Below, piece by piece: positions 25,614 through 38,124 of a stretch of DNA of 64,000 bases (positions are counted from its first letter, which is position 1; each line of letters starts with the position of its first letter). The position numbers and the translations under genes are program-made. The notes below the pieces were generated by a model that worked only from the letters and a program-made list of their open reading frames with translations, had not been told where the DNA came from and made no database searches. The stretch is taken from contig OZ360223.1 of NCBI GenBank assembly GCA_977017645.1, positions 179,614,001 through 179,678,000 of the forward strand, given 5' to 3'. Origin of the DNA: Torpedo marmorata. Lineage: Eukaryota.

Positions 25614-26933
25614 ATGTCTAAGAAAAATTTCACTGTAGAGAAGGCAGTTGGAAATCATTTGGTGAAAGAAAAAGTCACTGATAATCAAGAACACCTGGAA
25701 AAGTTTGAGCAATCTCCTATGTTACACCCATCCACTGATAAGACACCTAAAGGCACAGATTTGTCACTATCCCGACAGGAGCTAATAGCAAGGCAAAAGG
25801 ACGATCCTGATCTTGCTGAGGTTAGGGATAAGGTTCTCTCTGAAGAGGAGATTAAAAAGGTGCCATTGGGTTATTATGAAAAAGATGGGGTGTTGATGAG
25901 AAAGTGGAGACCATGTGATGTTCCTGCCAATGAAGAATGGGCAGTAGTGCAGCAGGTTGTGATCCCTAAATTATATAGGGATGCAATAATAACTTTGGCT
26001 CATAGTACACCCTTAGGTGGTCATCTTGGGGTGAAGAAAACTATAAGGAAGATAATGAAACAATTTTATTGGCCCAGTTTGAGAAGGGAGGTTGTAAGCT
26101 TTTGCCGGGCCTGTCACACTTGTCAGATGGTGGGTAAACCTAATCAGGGTTCCCCGGTGGCACCCTTGCAACCTATCCCTGCTTTCAGTGAGCCTTTCCC
26201 GAGAGTAATTGTGGACTGTGTTGGCCCATTGCCCAAAACCAAAGCGGGGAATGAGTATTTGTTAACAATTATGTGTGCAGCCACCAGATTTCCAGAGGCA
26301 ATTCCTCTGAGAAACATTAAAGCAAAGTCAATTGTAAAGGCTATGGTAAAGTTTTTCACCTTGGTAGGTTTGCCAAGGGAAATTCAATCAGATCAGGGCA
26401 GTAATTTCATGTCAGGCGTTTTCCAACAAGTGGTTGCTGGACTGGGAGTTAAACAGATTGTATCCTCTGCGTACCATCCAGAAGGTCAAGGGGCCTTGGA
26501 GAGGTTCCATTCAACTTTGAAAAACATGATTAGAACTTATTGTTGTGAGAAGGAAAAGGATTGGGATGAGGGGGTTTATTTGTTGTTATTTGCAGCGAGG
26601 GAGTCTGTCCAAGAATCACTTGGTTTTAGTCCATTCGAGTTAGTTTTCGGACATGAGGTGAGAGGTCCTTTAAGATTATTAAAAGAACAGTGGATAAATA
26701 GTGATGTGCATTTAAATCTGTTAGATTATGTTTCCAAATTTAAGGATCGGTTGCATAGGGCTTGTGAGATGGCAAAGGAGAATTTAAAGGCCACTCAACA
26801 GAGAATGAAGGTTTGGTATGATCGAAAGGCTAAGGTGAGAACTTTTAAACCTGGTGAGAACGTATTAGTTCTGTTTCCCATCCATTCAAATCCTCTTAGG
26901 GCTAGATTTTCAGGACCCTATAGAGTTAAGTAA
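25614..26933 (+). pseudogene. Gmr1 integrase (HHCC + DDE)
   Basis: AHSTPLGGHLG, CHTC, VDCVGPLP, QSDQG, ALERFH, GPY. Confidence 0.95.
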
Positions 26934-26999
26934 AAAATTAATGATGTCACCTATGTCATAGAAACACCTAATCGCAGACGAGACACACAGGTCTGTCAT

Positions 27000-29166
27000 G
27001 TGAATATGATTAAGCCATATTTTGAACAGGTGCCGCAAAAAGGGACTAAAAATTTACCAGAGGTACTGGTTATTGATCAGGGTAAGGAGAAGACAGATGA
27101 AACCAGTTTTAGAGAGGGTCATGGGACACAGAAATTGATAAGCTCAAGGTTAGAAAATTCCATGATTTTGCGCAATCTGGAGACAAAGTTGGCTCATCTG
27201 AAAACTTCAGAAAAGGAAGAGATGAGTCAGTTATTTTTAAAATTTATAAATTTATTTCCTGATGTGCCTCAGAAAATTTCCATCGCTTATCATGATGTGG
27301 ATGTAGGAGATGCAAGACCAATAAAACAGCATCCCTATCGAATCAATGCAGAAAAGTGCAAACTGGTAGATCTGGAAATTGACAACATGGTAAAGAACAA
27401 TATCATTCGAAAGTCTACTTTCAATTGGAGTTCCCCTTGTATTTTAGTGCCTAAGCCTGATGGAACGGTTAGGTTTTGCACTGATTATAGGAAAGTAAAT
27501 GCTGTAACAAAGACAGATGCTTATCCTATTCCTAGAATAGATGATTGTATAGACAAGGTGGGGAAGCCCAAATTTCTTACAAAAATTGACTTATTAAAAG
27601 GGTACTGGTGTGTTCCTTTGACAAAAAGGGCTAGGGAGATTTCTGCATTCGTAACACCTTTTGGGCTGTATAAGTATAATGTTATGCCTTTTGGTATGAA
27701 GAATGCTCCAGGAACATTTCAGAGAATGATTAATTCAGTAATTCAAAGGTTGAAAAACACAGGTGCTTACATTGATGATTTAATTATAAGTAGTGAGCCC
27801 TGGGAAGAGCATGCTTTTGAGCTAAAACAATTGTTCGAACGACTGTCCAAAGCAAATCTCGCAGTTAATTTAAGTAAAAGTGAGTTTGGACAGGCTACTG
27901 TTATTTATCTGAGATATGTAGTAGGACAGGGGCAGTTGGCGCCAGTAGAGGCAAAGGTTGTGACTATTTCCGAGTTCCCTGTTCCAACTGGTAAGAAAAC
28001 TCTGAGGAGGTTCCTGGGAATGATTGGCTACTACCGCAAGTTCTGTAAAAACTTTGCTGATCTTGCGCTCCCTCTCACAACTTTGCTTAGAAAGAAAGAA
28101 AAATTTGTATGGTCTACAGGTTGTCAGGAAGCATTTGTCAAATTGAAAGCCATGTTATGCCACCAACCTGTGCTTAAGTCACCTAATTTAGAACAGCCGT
28201 TTTCTTTAGCCATGGATGCCAGCGATGAACCTGTGGGTGCGGTGCTGTTACAGAAGAAGAACGAAGAGGACATTGACCATCCGGTATCCTACTTCTCGAA
28301 GAAGTTCAATGATCATCAAAGGAATTATTCAACCATAGAAAAAGAGTTGTTGGCTCTTGTGTTGGCTCTACAACACTTTGATGTTTATATCTGTACAGCT
28401 CAAAAAACACTCATAGTGTATACTGACTATTACGGTGACTTCGATCCAACAATAGTCACCTGGAGGCTAAGTGAGATACTTGTCTTTGACGCGTTTTAAT
28501 TAATTTACTAACAAAGTCCAATATCTTCAAAACCTTTATTTTCACACATGACTTGCAGTAATCTTCAATGACTTTAATATAAACAGTTCTTGTAAACGAT
28601 GTATGATGAGTTCCTTTAAATAATTCTTTAAACAATTCCAAAATGATATGAAACACTGTAGAACGATGTAAAAGTTATAAAAACGCTATAAAACGGTCAA
28701 TAAAGATGTGGAGACCTCACTCACCCTCCAAACATCTTATTCCTTTCCTTTTCTCTCTCTCTATACTTGATTTGCGCATGCCCATTAGCTCCTAAACCAA
28801 TGCGCATCCTACCTCACGCATACTACATTTCCCAGACCGCAACGCGCACAATGACGTCACTCCACACTGCGCATGCGCCCGTCGGCACTCCCGCGCATGC
28901 GCACATCAAAGAACGGGCCGACGACGGCCTACAGAACAACGCGAGCGCTCCAAGGCCCGACGAGACATCGGAGCGCCGCAACAACGGTAAGTTAATGAGC
29001 CTACGGCTCTTACACTGACCATAATCCATTGGTTTTTCTTTGTAAAATGAAAAATAAGAATCGACGGTTGTTGAATTGGAGTCTAATTTTGCAAGAATAT
29101 GATTTGGTAATAACACATATAAAAGGGAAAGATAATGTAATTGCTGATTGTCTTTCTAGATGTTAA
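27000..29166 (+). pseudogene. Gmr1 reverse transcriptase and RNase H, interrupted by a solo LTR
   Basis: RFCTDYRKVN, KIDLLKGYW, MPFGMKNAP, YIDD, DASD, EKELLA, YTD|HNPL, NVIADCLSR. Confidence 0.95.
28428..29014 (-). mobile_element. solo LTR (587 bp) of an unrelated family
   Basis: Exact 5-bp TSD CTGAC at 28423-27 and 29015-19; minus-strand termini TGTAAG...CGTAATA; removal restores YTDHNP. Confidence 0.8.
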
Positions 29167-29298
29167 ACTTTATCAATGAAAATAGTTCATATTTTGTATT
29201 TGTGGATGAACATTGTAGATTTTGTTTATATTGTGACACCTCAATTAATTTCCAAAATTTTGTTCTTGCAGACCAAAATTTTCTTTGTGGGTGGGAGG

Positions 29299-30002
29299 TG
29301 TTATGGACCATGACTGACCTTATGGACTGCGGACGGTCAGCAGGAAGGATGAAGTCTTTTGGAGTACACACTGGGACCAGGTTCTGAAAGAGTTAACTTG
29401 CCCAGGACTTGGTGTACTCACAGAGAGAGAGAGAGAGACCAGAGAGAGACAGGCTGTGGAAAAGATACTTTGTTGCACTTTTGCAAAAGCAGGTGCAAAC
29501 CTCTGCAAAAAGCAGGCAGTTTGGAGTTGCAAAGGCTAGAAATCACAGCAAAATCCAGGCTTGTGCATCCCAGGGAAAAAGGCTGGGAGAATAGCACATG
29601 GCCTCCTGTCTCAGCAAAATCCTGAGTTAAAAGCAACTTTTGTAGAGAACAGGCGTGAGATCAGCGAGACCAGCTGTGAGATCCAAGTACACGCCTCAAT
29701 CAGTGGTATACTGATTTGGAGTCGCAATCCTCGTGAATCTCTACCAAAAGGGAAAGTCATCAGAGAAGAAAAACAAGCCAAGTATTCGTAAGCATAAACA
29801 GTCATTGTCTCTCTCCAACGTTCATTAAGAAATCCTTCTACCAGCACACAGAGCTGAATTGGGAACCTGAACTTAGTGAGTGAATTTTTGTGGACTGTAT
29901 TTTTTTTTTGACTGACTTGTTTTTTATGACTGACCTGGGGTTTTTGGGGAAAGTTTTTCCATTTTTACATGAGGGTTGGGCACAGACTGTAATGGTCTGG
30001 GC

Positions 30003-30043
<41 letters not shown>

Positions 30044-30187
30044 TTTAGATAAGAATAGTGTTTATAGACGTTTATAGTGGGGTAATTGTTGTGAAATTAT
30101 ATGTTTAATTGTCATTAATAAATATAAATTTCATTTTTACCCCTTTTGCATTGCGTCTTCTGTCGTTGCTGGTTTGAATTTGTAACA
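29299..30187 (+). repeat. 3' LTR of the Gmr1-type element, preceded by PPT GGGTGGGAGG (29289-29298)
   Basis: Matches the 5' LTR; contains a (CA)n tract at about 30006-30041. Confidence 0.96.
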
Positions 30188-31400
30188 ACTGTCACTCCGC
30201 ATATTTAGAAAAATGACATGTTAAATCTTGCACCACCACCAAAGAACCATTAGTGAAATGCTGTTAATTTTTCCAGCACATGGGTGTCCCTAAGAAAGTA
30301 TACCCAGCAAGGTGCCACAAATCCATTCCATACATTGTGGAAAATCTATGTGCATCATCGGCATAAAATGCACCTTAACATTCCCCTCCTATCCTGCCTC
30401 AAACAGTGTAGGGGATTCAATTTTCTGTCCACACGATGAAGGAGGAACTCATAAAAAACATTTCATGGAAGGAAGGTCAAATATGTCTGTGAAACATGGA
30501 TAAGCATCTTATTTCATCTTCAAACCTTTCCCCCAATCCTACAATCACCTCATTAACTCCAGCACCTCCAACCCAACCTACCAGGCAATCTTCTTACTAG
30601 TCTACCATCCTCCACCAAGTCCTGCTATTTTTTGTGCAAATGTTTACATGTTTGGATATTGTGTGGATCAGAATATTGATTGAATAGTTTCAACCTCACA
30701 CTCCACAACTTGTCAATGCAGGAAGGCATGCATTAAACACTTTCCAGTCCAAGGAGTAATGCAATCAAACCATCTGAGAAATGGTCAGTACTGACCCAAA
30801 TCTCTCACTAATTTGCTAATGTATGATACATGCACTTGTCCCTCAAAGAAAAGCTGCGGCATCTTTTCACATTCACAAAACTAATTCAGTTAATTGGAAG
30901 AAATTCGGTTACATTTATTAGTTTGAAGAAATTATGTTTTCTATAATTCCTACCACAAGTTTAATTGTTCATTGTAATTGAAATGTTAATTTAACGTTTT
31001 GAGGTAATTCTGTTCAAATGTAAATATTTTTAAGTACAAATCAAACTGATAGTAAATTGGACTGTGATTCCATTTAATTTGCCTGTGGAGAAAACGAAGA
31101 AATGCATACACAATTTGGATGCCCTCATCAGCATTACCCTTATTTAGCTTAATTTTTATGCAACAAAATTATGATGTTTTTCCCTACCTCCAGGGGCAAG
31201 GTTCCATGTGCCATTTCTTTTAGTGCATACTTTGAAAGAGCACTGATTATAGAGGCACGTTTTAATGCAAATGCACATCAAACATGGGTATGAACACTTA
31301 TATAATAGGTGTTTTGTCTTCTCCAACCTGTATCTCAAAACTCCTTCAACCAGAGATGCACAGATACATTCCAATCAGGCACAGTTCTGTTCATTTAAAG

Positions 31401-31658
31401 GCCTACGAGTCCGTGCCGCCCAAATTACACCCAATTAACTTACACCCCCGGTACGTTTTGAATGGTGGGAGGAAACCGGAGCCCCGGGAGAAAACCCACC
31501 CAGACATGGGGAGAATGTACAAACTCCTTACAGACAGCGTGGGACTTGAACCCCGGTCCAGTCCTGATCGCTGGCGCTGTAATGGCATTGCGCTAACCGC
31601 TACGCCAAAATGGCCTGTTACCGTGCTGTATGTCTAAAGTTTTTTTTTTAATTAAAAA
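31401..31658. mobile_element. HE1/V-SINE-type tRNA-derived SINE with inverted 5' portion
   Basis: 31401-31608 is the reverse complement of the 37559-37763 region; 31609-31638 matches its 3' end on plus; near-TSD ATTTAA(A/G)GGCCT. Confidence 0.85.
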
Positions 31659-32183
31659 ATTTAAGGGCCTCTGGATATCACGCTTACTGAAGCCAGATTG
31701 AGAACTCCAAACTAAATTTTTGCAAATCACATCAATAGATTTTTTTTTAAATCCCTTGCCCAGACTTTACCCCACTTACTTTGTCCTCACCATCTCCCAT
31801 TAATTTGATTTGCTGTAAATTGTATAACAGTTAAAGTTGCAAAAGCCAATTGAGAAACAGGGGTACAGGTTCTGAAGTTGACAGCTGAAGAGAACACTGG
31901 ATAAAAAGCTTGTGCTGAATGGAGTAAAAGAGTTAACTGAAAATACAGGTCGTCCACAGTAATTAATTTATGTATGTATATCCATGCATTTAATCAGTTT
32001 GATCAGAGAACACAAAAATGCTGTTTCCAGCAGCGTGAATTTGGAAGTAGCTAACTGTGATGAAGGCAAGACAAGATATTCCCTCGGACCTTAAGGGAGA
32101 CGAGTGTAGAAATTGCAGGGGCTCTGGCAGAAATATTTAAAATGTCCTTAGTCACGGGTGTGGTGTCGGAGGATTGGAGGGTA

Positions 32184-35100
32184 TAACCATATAACAATTA
32201 CAGCACAGAAAATGGCCAGTTCGGCCCTTCTAGTCCATGCCGAACACATTCTCCCACCTAGTCCCACTGACCCGCACCCGTCCCTTAACCCTCCACACCT
32301 CTCTCGTCCATATACCTATCCAACTTTTCCTTAAACATTAAAATTGAACCTGCATCTACCACTTTGGTCGGAAGCTCGTTCCACCCCCCCACCACCCTCT
32401 GAGTGAAGAAATTCCCCCTCATGTTTCCTCTAAACTTTTCCCCCTTCAATCTCAATCCATGCAATTTTGTTTGAATCTCCCCCACTCTCAATGGAAAAAG
32501 CCTGTCCACATTTACTCTGTCTGTCCCCTTCATAATTTTAAATACCTCTATCAAATCACCCCTCAATCTTCAACACTCCAGGGAATAAAGTCCCAGCCTG
32601 CTCAACCTTTCCCTGTAACTCAAACCCAAAAACCCTGGCAACATTCTTGTAAATCTCCTCTGCACTCTCTCTATTCTGTTTATATCCTTCCTATAATTCG
32701 GTGACCAAAACTGCACACAATATTCCAAATTTGGCCTCACCAATGCCTTATACAACTTCAACATGACATCCCAACTCCTGTATTCAATACTCTGATTTAT
32801 GAAGGCCAACATACCAAATGCTTTCTTCACATCCCTATCTACGTGTGACTCAACTTTCAGGGAATTATGTACCAGAATTCCTAAATCCCTTTGTTCTACT
32901 GCCCTCCTCAATTGTCATCCATTTAACATGTATGACCTTTGCTGATTAGTCCTACCAAAATGTAGCACCTCACATTTATCAGTATTAAACACCATCTGCC
33001 ATGTTTCAGCCCACTCTTCCAACTGTCCTATATCCCCCTGCAAGCTTTGATAACCCTCTTCACTGTCCACAACACCACCAATCTTAGCAACATCTGCATA
33101 CTTACTAATCCAATTTACCACCCTATCATCTAGATCATTAATATATATGACAAACAACAATGGATCCACTTGTCACCGGCCTCCAATTTGACAAACAATT
33201 TTCCACCACTACACTCTGGCATCTCCTATCCAACCATTGTTGAATCCATTTCACTACTTCGACGTTAATACCTAATGCTTGAACCTTCCTAACTAGCCTC
33301 TTATGCGGAACCTTGTCAAATGCCTAACTAAAGTCCACATAGACAACATCCACAGCCTTCCCCTCGTCAACCTTCTTCGTAACCGCCTCGAAAAAGTCTA
33401 TAAGATTTGTTAAACATGATCTACCACATACAAAACCGTGTTGAATACTCCTAATCAATGCTTGTCTTTCCAAATAACTGTATACACCATCTCTAAGAAC
33501 ACTCTCCATTAATTTACCCACCACCGAGGTCAGACTCACAGGCCTATAATTTCCAGGTTTACTTTTGGAGCCTTTTTTAAACAGTGGGACAACATGAGCT
33601 ACCCTCCAATCCTCCAGCACCTCCCCCGTGGCCAGTGACATTTTAAATATTTCTGTCAGAGCCCCCACTATTTGTTCACTAACCTCCCTCAGGGTCCTCA
33701 GGAATATCCTGTCAGGACCTGGAGACTAATCCACCTTTATTCTCTTTAAAATAGCCAATACTACCTCCTCATTAATCTTTATATTATCCATGACCTCACT
33801 ATCAGATTTCCTTACTTCACCTGGCTCAATATTCCTTTCATTTGTGAATACTGAAGAAAGAAAATCATTTAAAAATTTCCCCCATCTCTTCTGACTTCTC
33901 ACATAGCCTACCCGTCTGATCCTCAATGGGCCCAATTTTATCCCTCACTATTCTTTTACTTTTAATGTACCTGTAGAAACCCTTTGGATTTATTTTTACC
34001 TTACCTGCCAAAGAAGCCTCATATCTCCTTTTAGCCTTTCTAATTTCTTTAAGATTTTTTTACACTCCTTATATTCCTCAAGGACCTCATCTATTCCCTG
34101 CTGTCTATCCTGTTGTACACATCCCTCTTCCTCCGAACCAAATTCCCAATATCCTTTGAAAACCAAGGCTCCCTATATTTTCTCACTCTTCCATTAATCC
34201 TCACAGGGACGAACCGACTCTGTACTCTCAAAATTTCCCCTTTGAATATCCTCCATTTATCTGTTACATCCTTCCCTGAAAATAAATTATCCCAATCCAC
34301 ACCCTCTAAATCCTTTCTCATCTCCTTGAAATTTGCCTTACTCCAATCAAGAATCTCAACCTTAGGCCCAGCCCTATCCTTCTCTATTATCAACCTAAAA
34401 CTAATAGTAATATGATCACTAGTCCCAAAGTGTTCCCCAACACAAACCTATGTCACCTGACCTATCTCGTTCCCAAATAGGAGATCCAATACTGCCCCCT
34501 CTCTAGTCGGTTCTTCTATGTATTGATTTAGAAAACTTTCCTGAACACATTTGACAAACTCCAAACCATCCAGCCCTTTTACAGTATGGGCATCCCAGTC
34601 AATGTGTGGAAAGTTAAAATCTCCTATAATCACCACCTTATGTTTATTACACATATATGCTATCTCCTTACAAATTTGCTCCTCTAATTCCCTCAGCCCA
34701 TTAGGTGGTCTATAATACACTCCCATAAGTGTTTTCATGCCTTTCCCATTCCTCAATTCCACCCAAATAGCCTCACTGGACGAGCCCTCCAATCTATCCT
34801 GCCATAGCACCGCTGTAATGCTTTCTCTAACAAGCAATGCGACTCCTCCACCTTTTATCCCCCTGTTCTATCACGCCTAAAACAACGGAATCCTGGAATA
34901 TTTAGCTGCCATTCATGCCCCTCCTGCAACCAAGTTTCAGTGATGACTACAATATCATATTTCCATGTGTCAATCCATGCTCTAAGCTCATCCACCTTTC
35001 TTACAATGCTCCTTGCATTGAAATATATACACTTGAGAGAATGTCGCCCACATACACTCCGTTGATTACCCTCTCCCACATTAACTTTAACATTCTGGTT

Positions 35101-35418
35101 CCTCTCTTCCTTCAACTCTAGGTGTTCTTCTACCCTAATCTCCGCATTCTCATTCTGATTCCCACCCCCCCCCCCCACTGCCAAACTAGTTTAAACCCTC
35201 CCCAACAGCTCTAGCAAACCTGCCCGCCAGGATATTGGTCCCCCTCCAGTTCAAGTGCAGCCCGTCCCTTTTGTACAGGTCAGACCTTCCCAAGAAGAGA
35301 TCCCAATGATCCAAAAATGTGATCCCCTGCCCACTGCACCAACCCTTTAGCCACGCATTCATCCTCCACATCTTCCTATTCCTACCCTCTCTAGCGTGTG
35401 GCACAGGCAGCAATCCTA
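32184..35418 (-). mobile_element. near-complete CR1: ORF1 SGNH-esterase C-terminus, endonuclease and RT, disrupted
   Basis: DGLHLN (esterase), YFNARS, ITETW, YYRPP, GDFNFP, GNYRPVSLTS. Confidence 0.93.
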
Positions 35419-36357
35419 GTAGCTCATGTTTTTCCGTTAATTTTTCCAAAAGTAACCTTGGAAATTATAGGCCGGTGAGCCTGATGTCAGTAGTAGGTAA
35501 ATTATTGGAAGATGTTCTAAGGGATCGGATATACAATTATTTGGATAGCCAGAAACTGATTAGGGATAGTCAACATGGCTTTGTGCATGGTAGGTCATGT
35601 TTAACCAATCTTGTAGAGTTTTTCAAGGAAGTTACCAGGAAAGTTGACAAAGGGAAGGCTGTGGATGTTGTCTACATGGACTTTAGTAAGGCCTTTGACA
35701 AGGTCCCACATGGGAGGTTAGTCAGGAAGGTTCAGACACTAGGTATTCATGGTGAATTAGTGAACTGAATTCAACAATGGCTGGAGAAGCCGAGAGTAGT
35801 GGTGGATGATTGTTTCTCAGACTGGAGGCCTGTGACTAGTGGTGTGCCTCAGGAATCGGTGCTGGGACCATTATTGTTTCTCATCTATATCAATGATCTG
35901 GATGATAATGTGGTAAATTGGATCAGCAAGTTTGCAGATGACACTAAGATTGGAGGCTTTGTTGGCAGCGAAGAAGTTTTTCAAAGATTGCAGAGGGATC
36001 TGGACTAGCTGGAAAAATGGGCTGAAAAATGGCAGATGGAATTTAATGCAGACAAGTGTGAGGTGTTGCATTTTGGAAGGACAAACCAAGAAAGGACATA
36101 CACAGTGCATGGTAGAGCACTGAGCAGTGTGGTAGAACAGAGGGATCTGGGAATACAGATACATAATTCCCTGAAAGTGGCATCACAGGTGGATTGGGTT
36201 GTAAAGTGAGCTTTTGGCATAATGGCCTTCATTAATTAAAGTATTTAGTTGAGGAGTTGGGATGTTATGGTAAAGTTGTATAAGACATTGGTGAGGCCAA
36301 ATTTGAAGTACTGTATTGTGTGCAGTTTTTGTCACGTAACTACAGGAAAGTTATCAA

Positions 36358-37032
36358 TAAAAAATTAAAGAAATTTAATCTGACATTATCTGGTTTATGT
36401 TTTAGATGTAATAGAGAGGAAGGTTCTTTTGTACATTCTGCATGGTTTTGTCCAAAAGTATATGATTTTTGGTTGAAAGTTAAAAAGTTTTTAGATAAAG
36501 TATTAAGAATTACACTCCCAATGGATCCTATGATATTTTTGTTTGGAGATATTAAAAGAATTAGTGTTAAGATGAAATTAAATATGTATCAAATAGAATT
36601 TTTACGTATTGCTTTAGCTGTTTCTAAGAAATGCATTGCTATTACTTGGAAATCTGATGTAGATTTAGGGTTAGAAAGATGGCATGCAGAACTTCATTCA
36701 TGTATACCACTTGAAAAAATTACTTATAATTATCATAAATAAATATCATTTCTTTTTGAAAATATGAAGCCCATATATAAGAACTGTTGGTTTAAGGATT
36801 TGAAGATCTCCGGATATTAGATCTGACTGGCGAACCTGTATTCCACAATAAAATTAGTTTATAGTTGTTCTTTTTAGAGTGACATTCTCCTTACTTTATC
36901 TTTTTCTTCTTTCTTTCTTTCTTTTCGGGAGGGTTAGGGAGGGGAGGGAGGGAGGGGGTGAAAATGTATCACATGTCATTTGATAATTTTGCATTTTAAA
37001 CTATGTACTGTGTGATTTAAAAATTTTAAATA
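36358..37032 (+). mobile_element. 5'-truncated L1 3' fragment
   Basis: GLCFRCNREEGSFVH, G-rich 3' UTR and poly-A; same family as 17860-18560. Confidence 0.92.
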
Positions 37033-37554
37033 AAATATTTTAAAAAAAAGAAAGAAAGAGTGCAGAGAAGAGTTACTAGGATGTTGCCCAGACTTCAGGA
37101 ACTGAGTTACAGGGAAAGTTTAAACAGGTTAGGACTTTATTCCCTGGAGCGTAATGAATGGGGGGAGATTTGATAGAGGTATTTAAAATTATGAGGGGGA
37201 TAAACAGAGTAAATGTAGATAGGGTTTTTCCACTGAGGGTATGTGAGATATAAACCAGAGGACAAGGGTTAAGAGTGAAAGGGGAAATGTTTAGGGGGAA
37301 CATGAGGGGGAACCTCTTCACACAGAGAGTGGTGGGAGTGTGGAACCAGCTGCCAGTTAAGGTGGTGAATGCGGGCTCAATTTTAACATTTAAGAAGAAT
37401 TTGGACAGGTATATGGATGGGAGAGGTATGGAGGGCTATGGACTGGGTGCAGGTCAGTGGGACTAGGCAAAAAAAAATGGTTCGGCACAGACTAGAAGGG
37501 CCGAAGGGGCCTGTTTCTGTGCTGTAGTGTTCTATGGTTCTAAAAGAATTATTC

Positions 37555-37803
37555 CACGGTTGGCATAGTGGTTAGCGCAACACCTTTACAACGCCAGCGA
37601 TTGGGAGCGGGGTTCGAATCCCGCGTTGTCTGTAAGGAGTTTGTACATTCTCCCCATGTCTGCATGGGTTTTCCCCGGGGGCTCTGGTTTCCTCCCACCC
37701 TTCAAAACATATCGGGGGTGTAGGTTAATTGTGTGTAAATTGGGCAGCACGGACTCGTGGGCCGAAATGACCTGTTACCGTGCTGAATTTCTAAATTTAA
37801 TTT
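37555..37803 (+). mobile_element. HE1/V-SINE-type SINE
   Basis: Pol III A-box-like TGGCATAGTGGTTAGC, B box GGTTCGAATCC, core GGAGTTTGTACATTCTCCCC. Confidence 0.88.
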
Positions 37804-38124
37804 AACTGGAAGACATGTGTTGCAGTGCCTGGGGACAGCTGAACAAGGGAAAGCTGGCTTGGAGGATTGGCAAGCCCAGCAGCAGGACAATCGTTCTGTA
37901 CTTTAAAAGTTTCTTCTTGTAATCCTGGACATCCCCTAACTCGGATATCATGCAGATGCGTGGGAAACTCCCTCTTCTCTCATCTAACTCAATAGACCGA
38001 TCCCCCAGATAAGCCGCTGCAGACGCAAGCTGATACACTTCTCCTGGCCTGAAGTCATTGATGCTGGGTTTGGGTGGGGTATGGACCTGGTCAATTCAAA
38101 TAGGCTTGAGCCTCATGTAGATAA

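Larger units (their letters stand above)
16761..30187 (+). mobile_element. Gmr1-type Ty3/Gypsy LTR retrotransposon, full span, degraded, with nested insertions
   Basis: Paired TG..CA LTRs; 4-bp TSD ACTG at 16757-60 and 30188-91; tRNA-Pro PBS; PPT; domain order gag-PR-IN-RT-RH. Confidence 0.96.
32069..37541 (+). mobile_element. 5'-truncated CR1 split by an antisense CR1 (32184-35418) and an L1 fragment (about 36358-37032)
   Basis: EDWRV|AHV continues across the insertion; GNYRPVSL, YMDFSKAFDKV, KFADD; tail TTCTATGGTTCT. Confidence 0.92.

Noticed and set aside
28419-29022. Imperfect 12-bp TSD implying a LINE-type insert
   Set aside because: An exact 5-bp TSD with LTR-like termini fits better
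37559-37630. tRNA-like A and B boxes
   Set aside because: SINE head, not a complete tRNA cloverleaf
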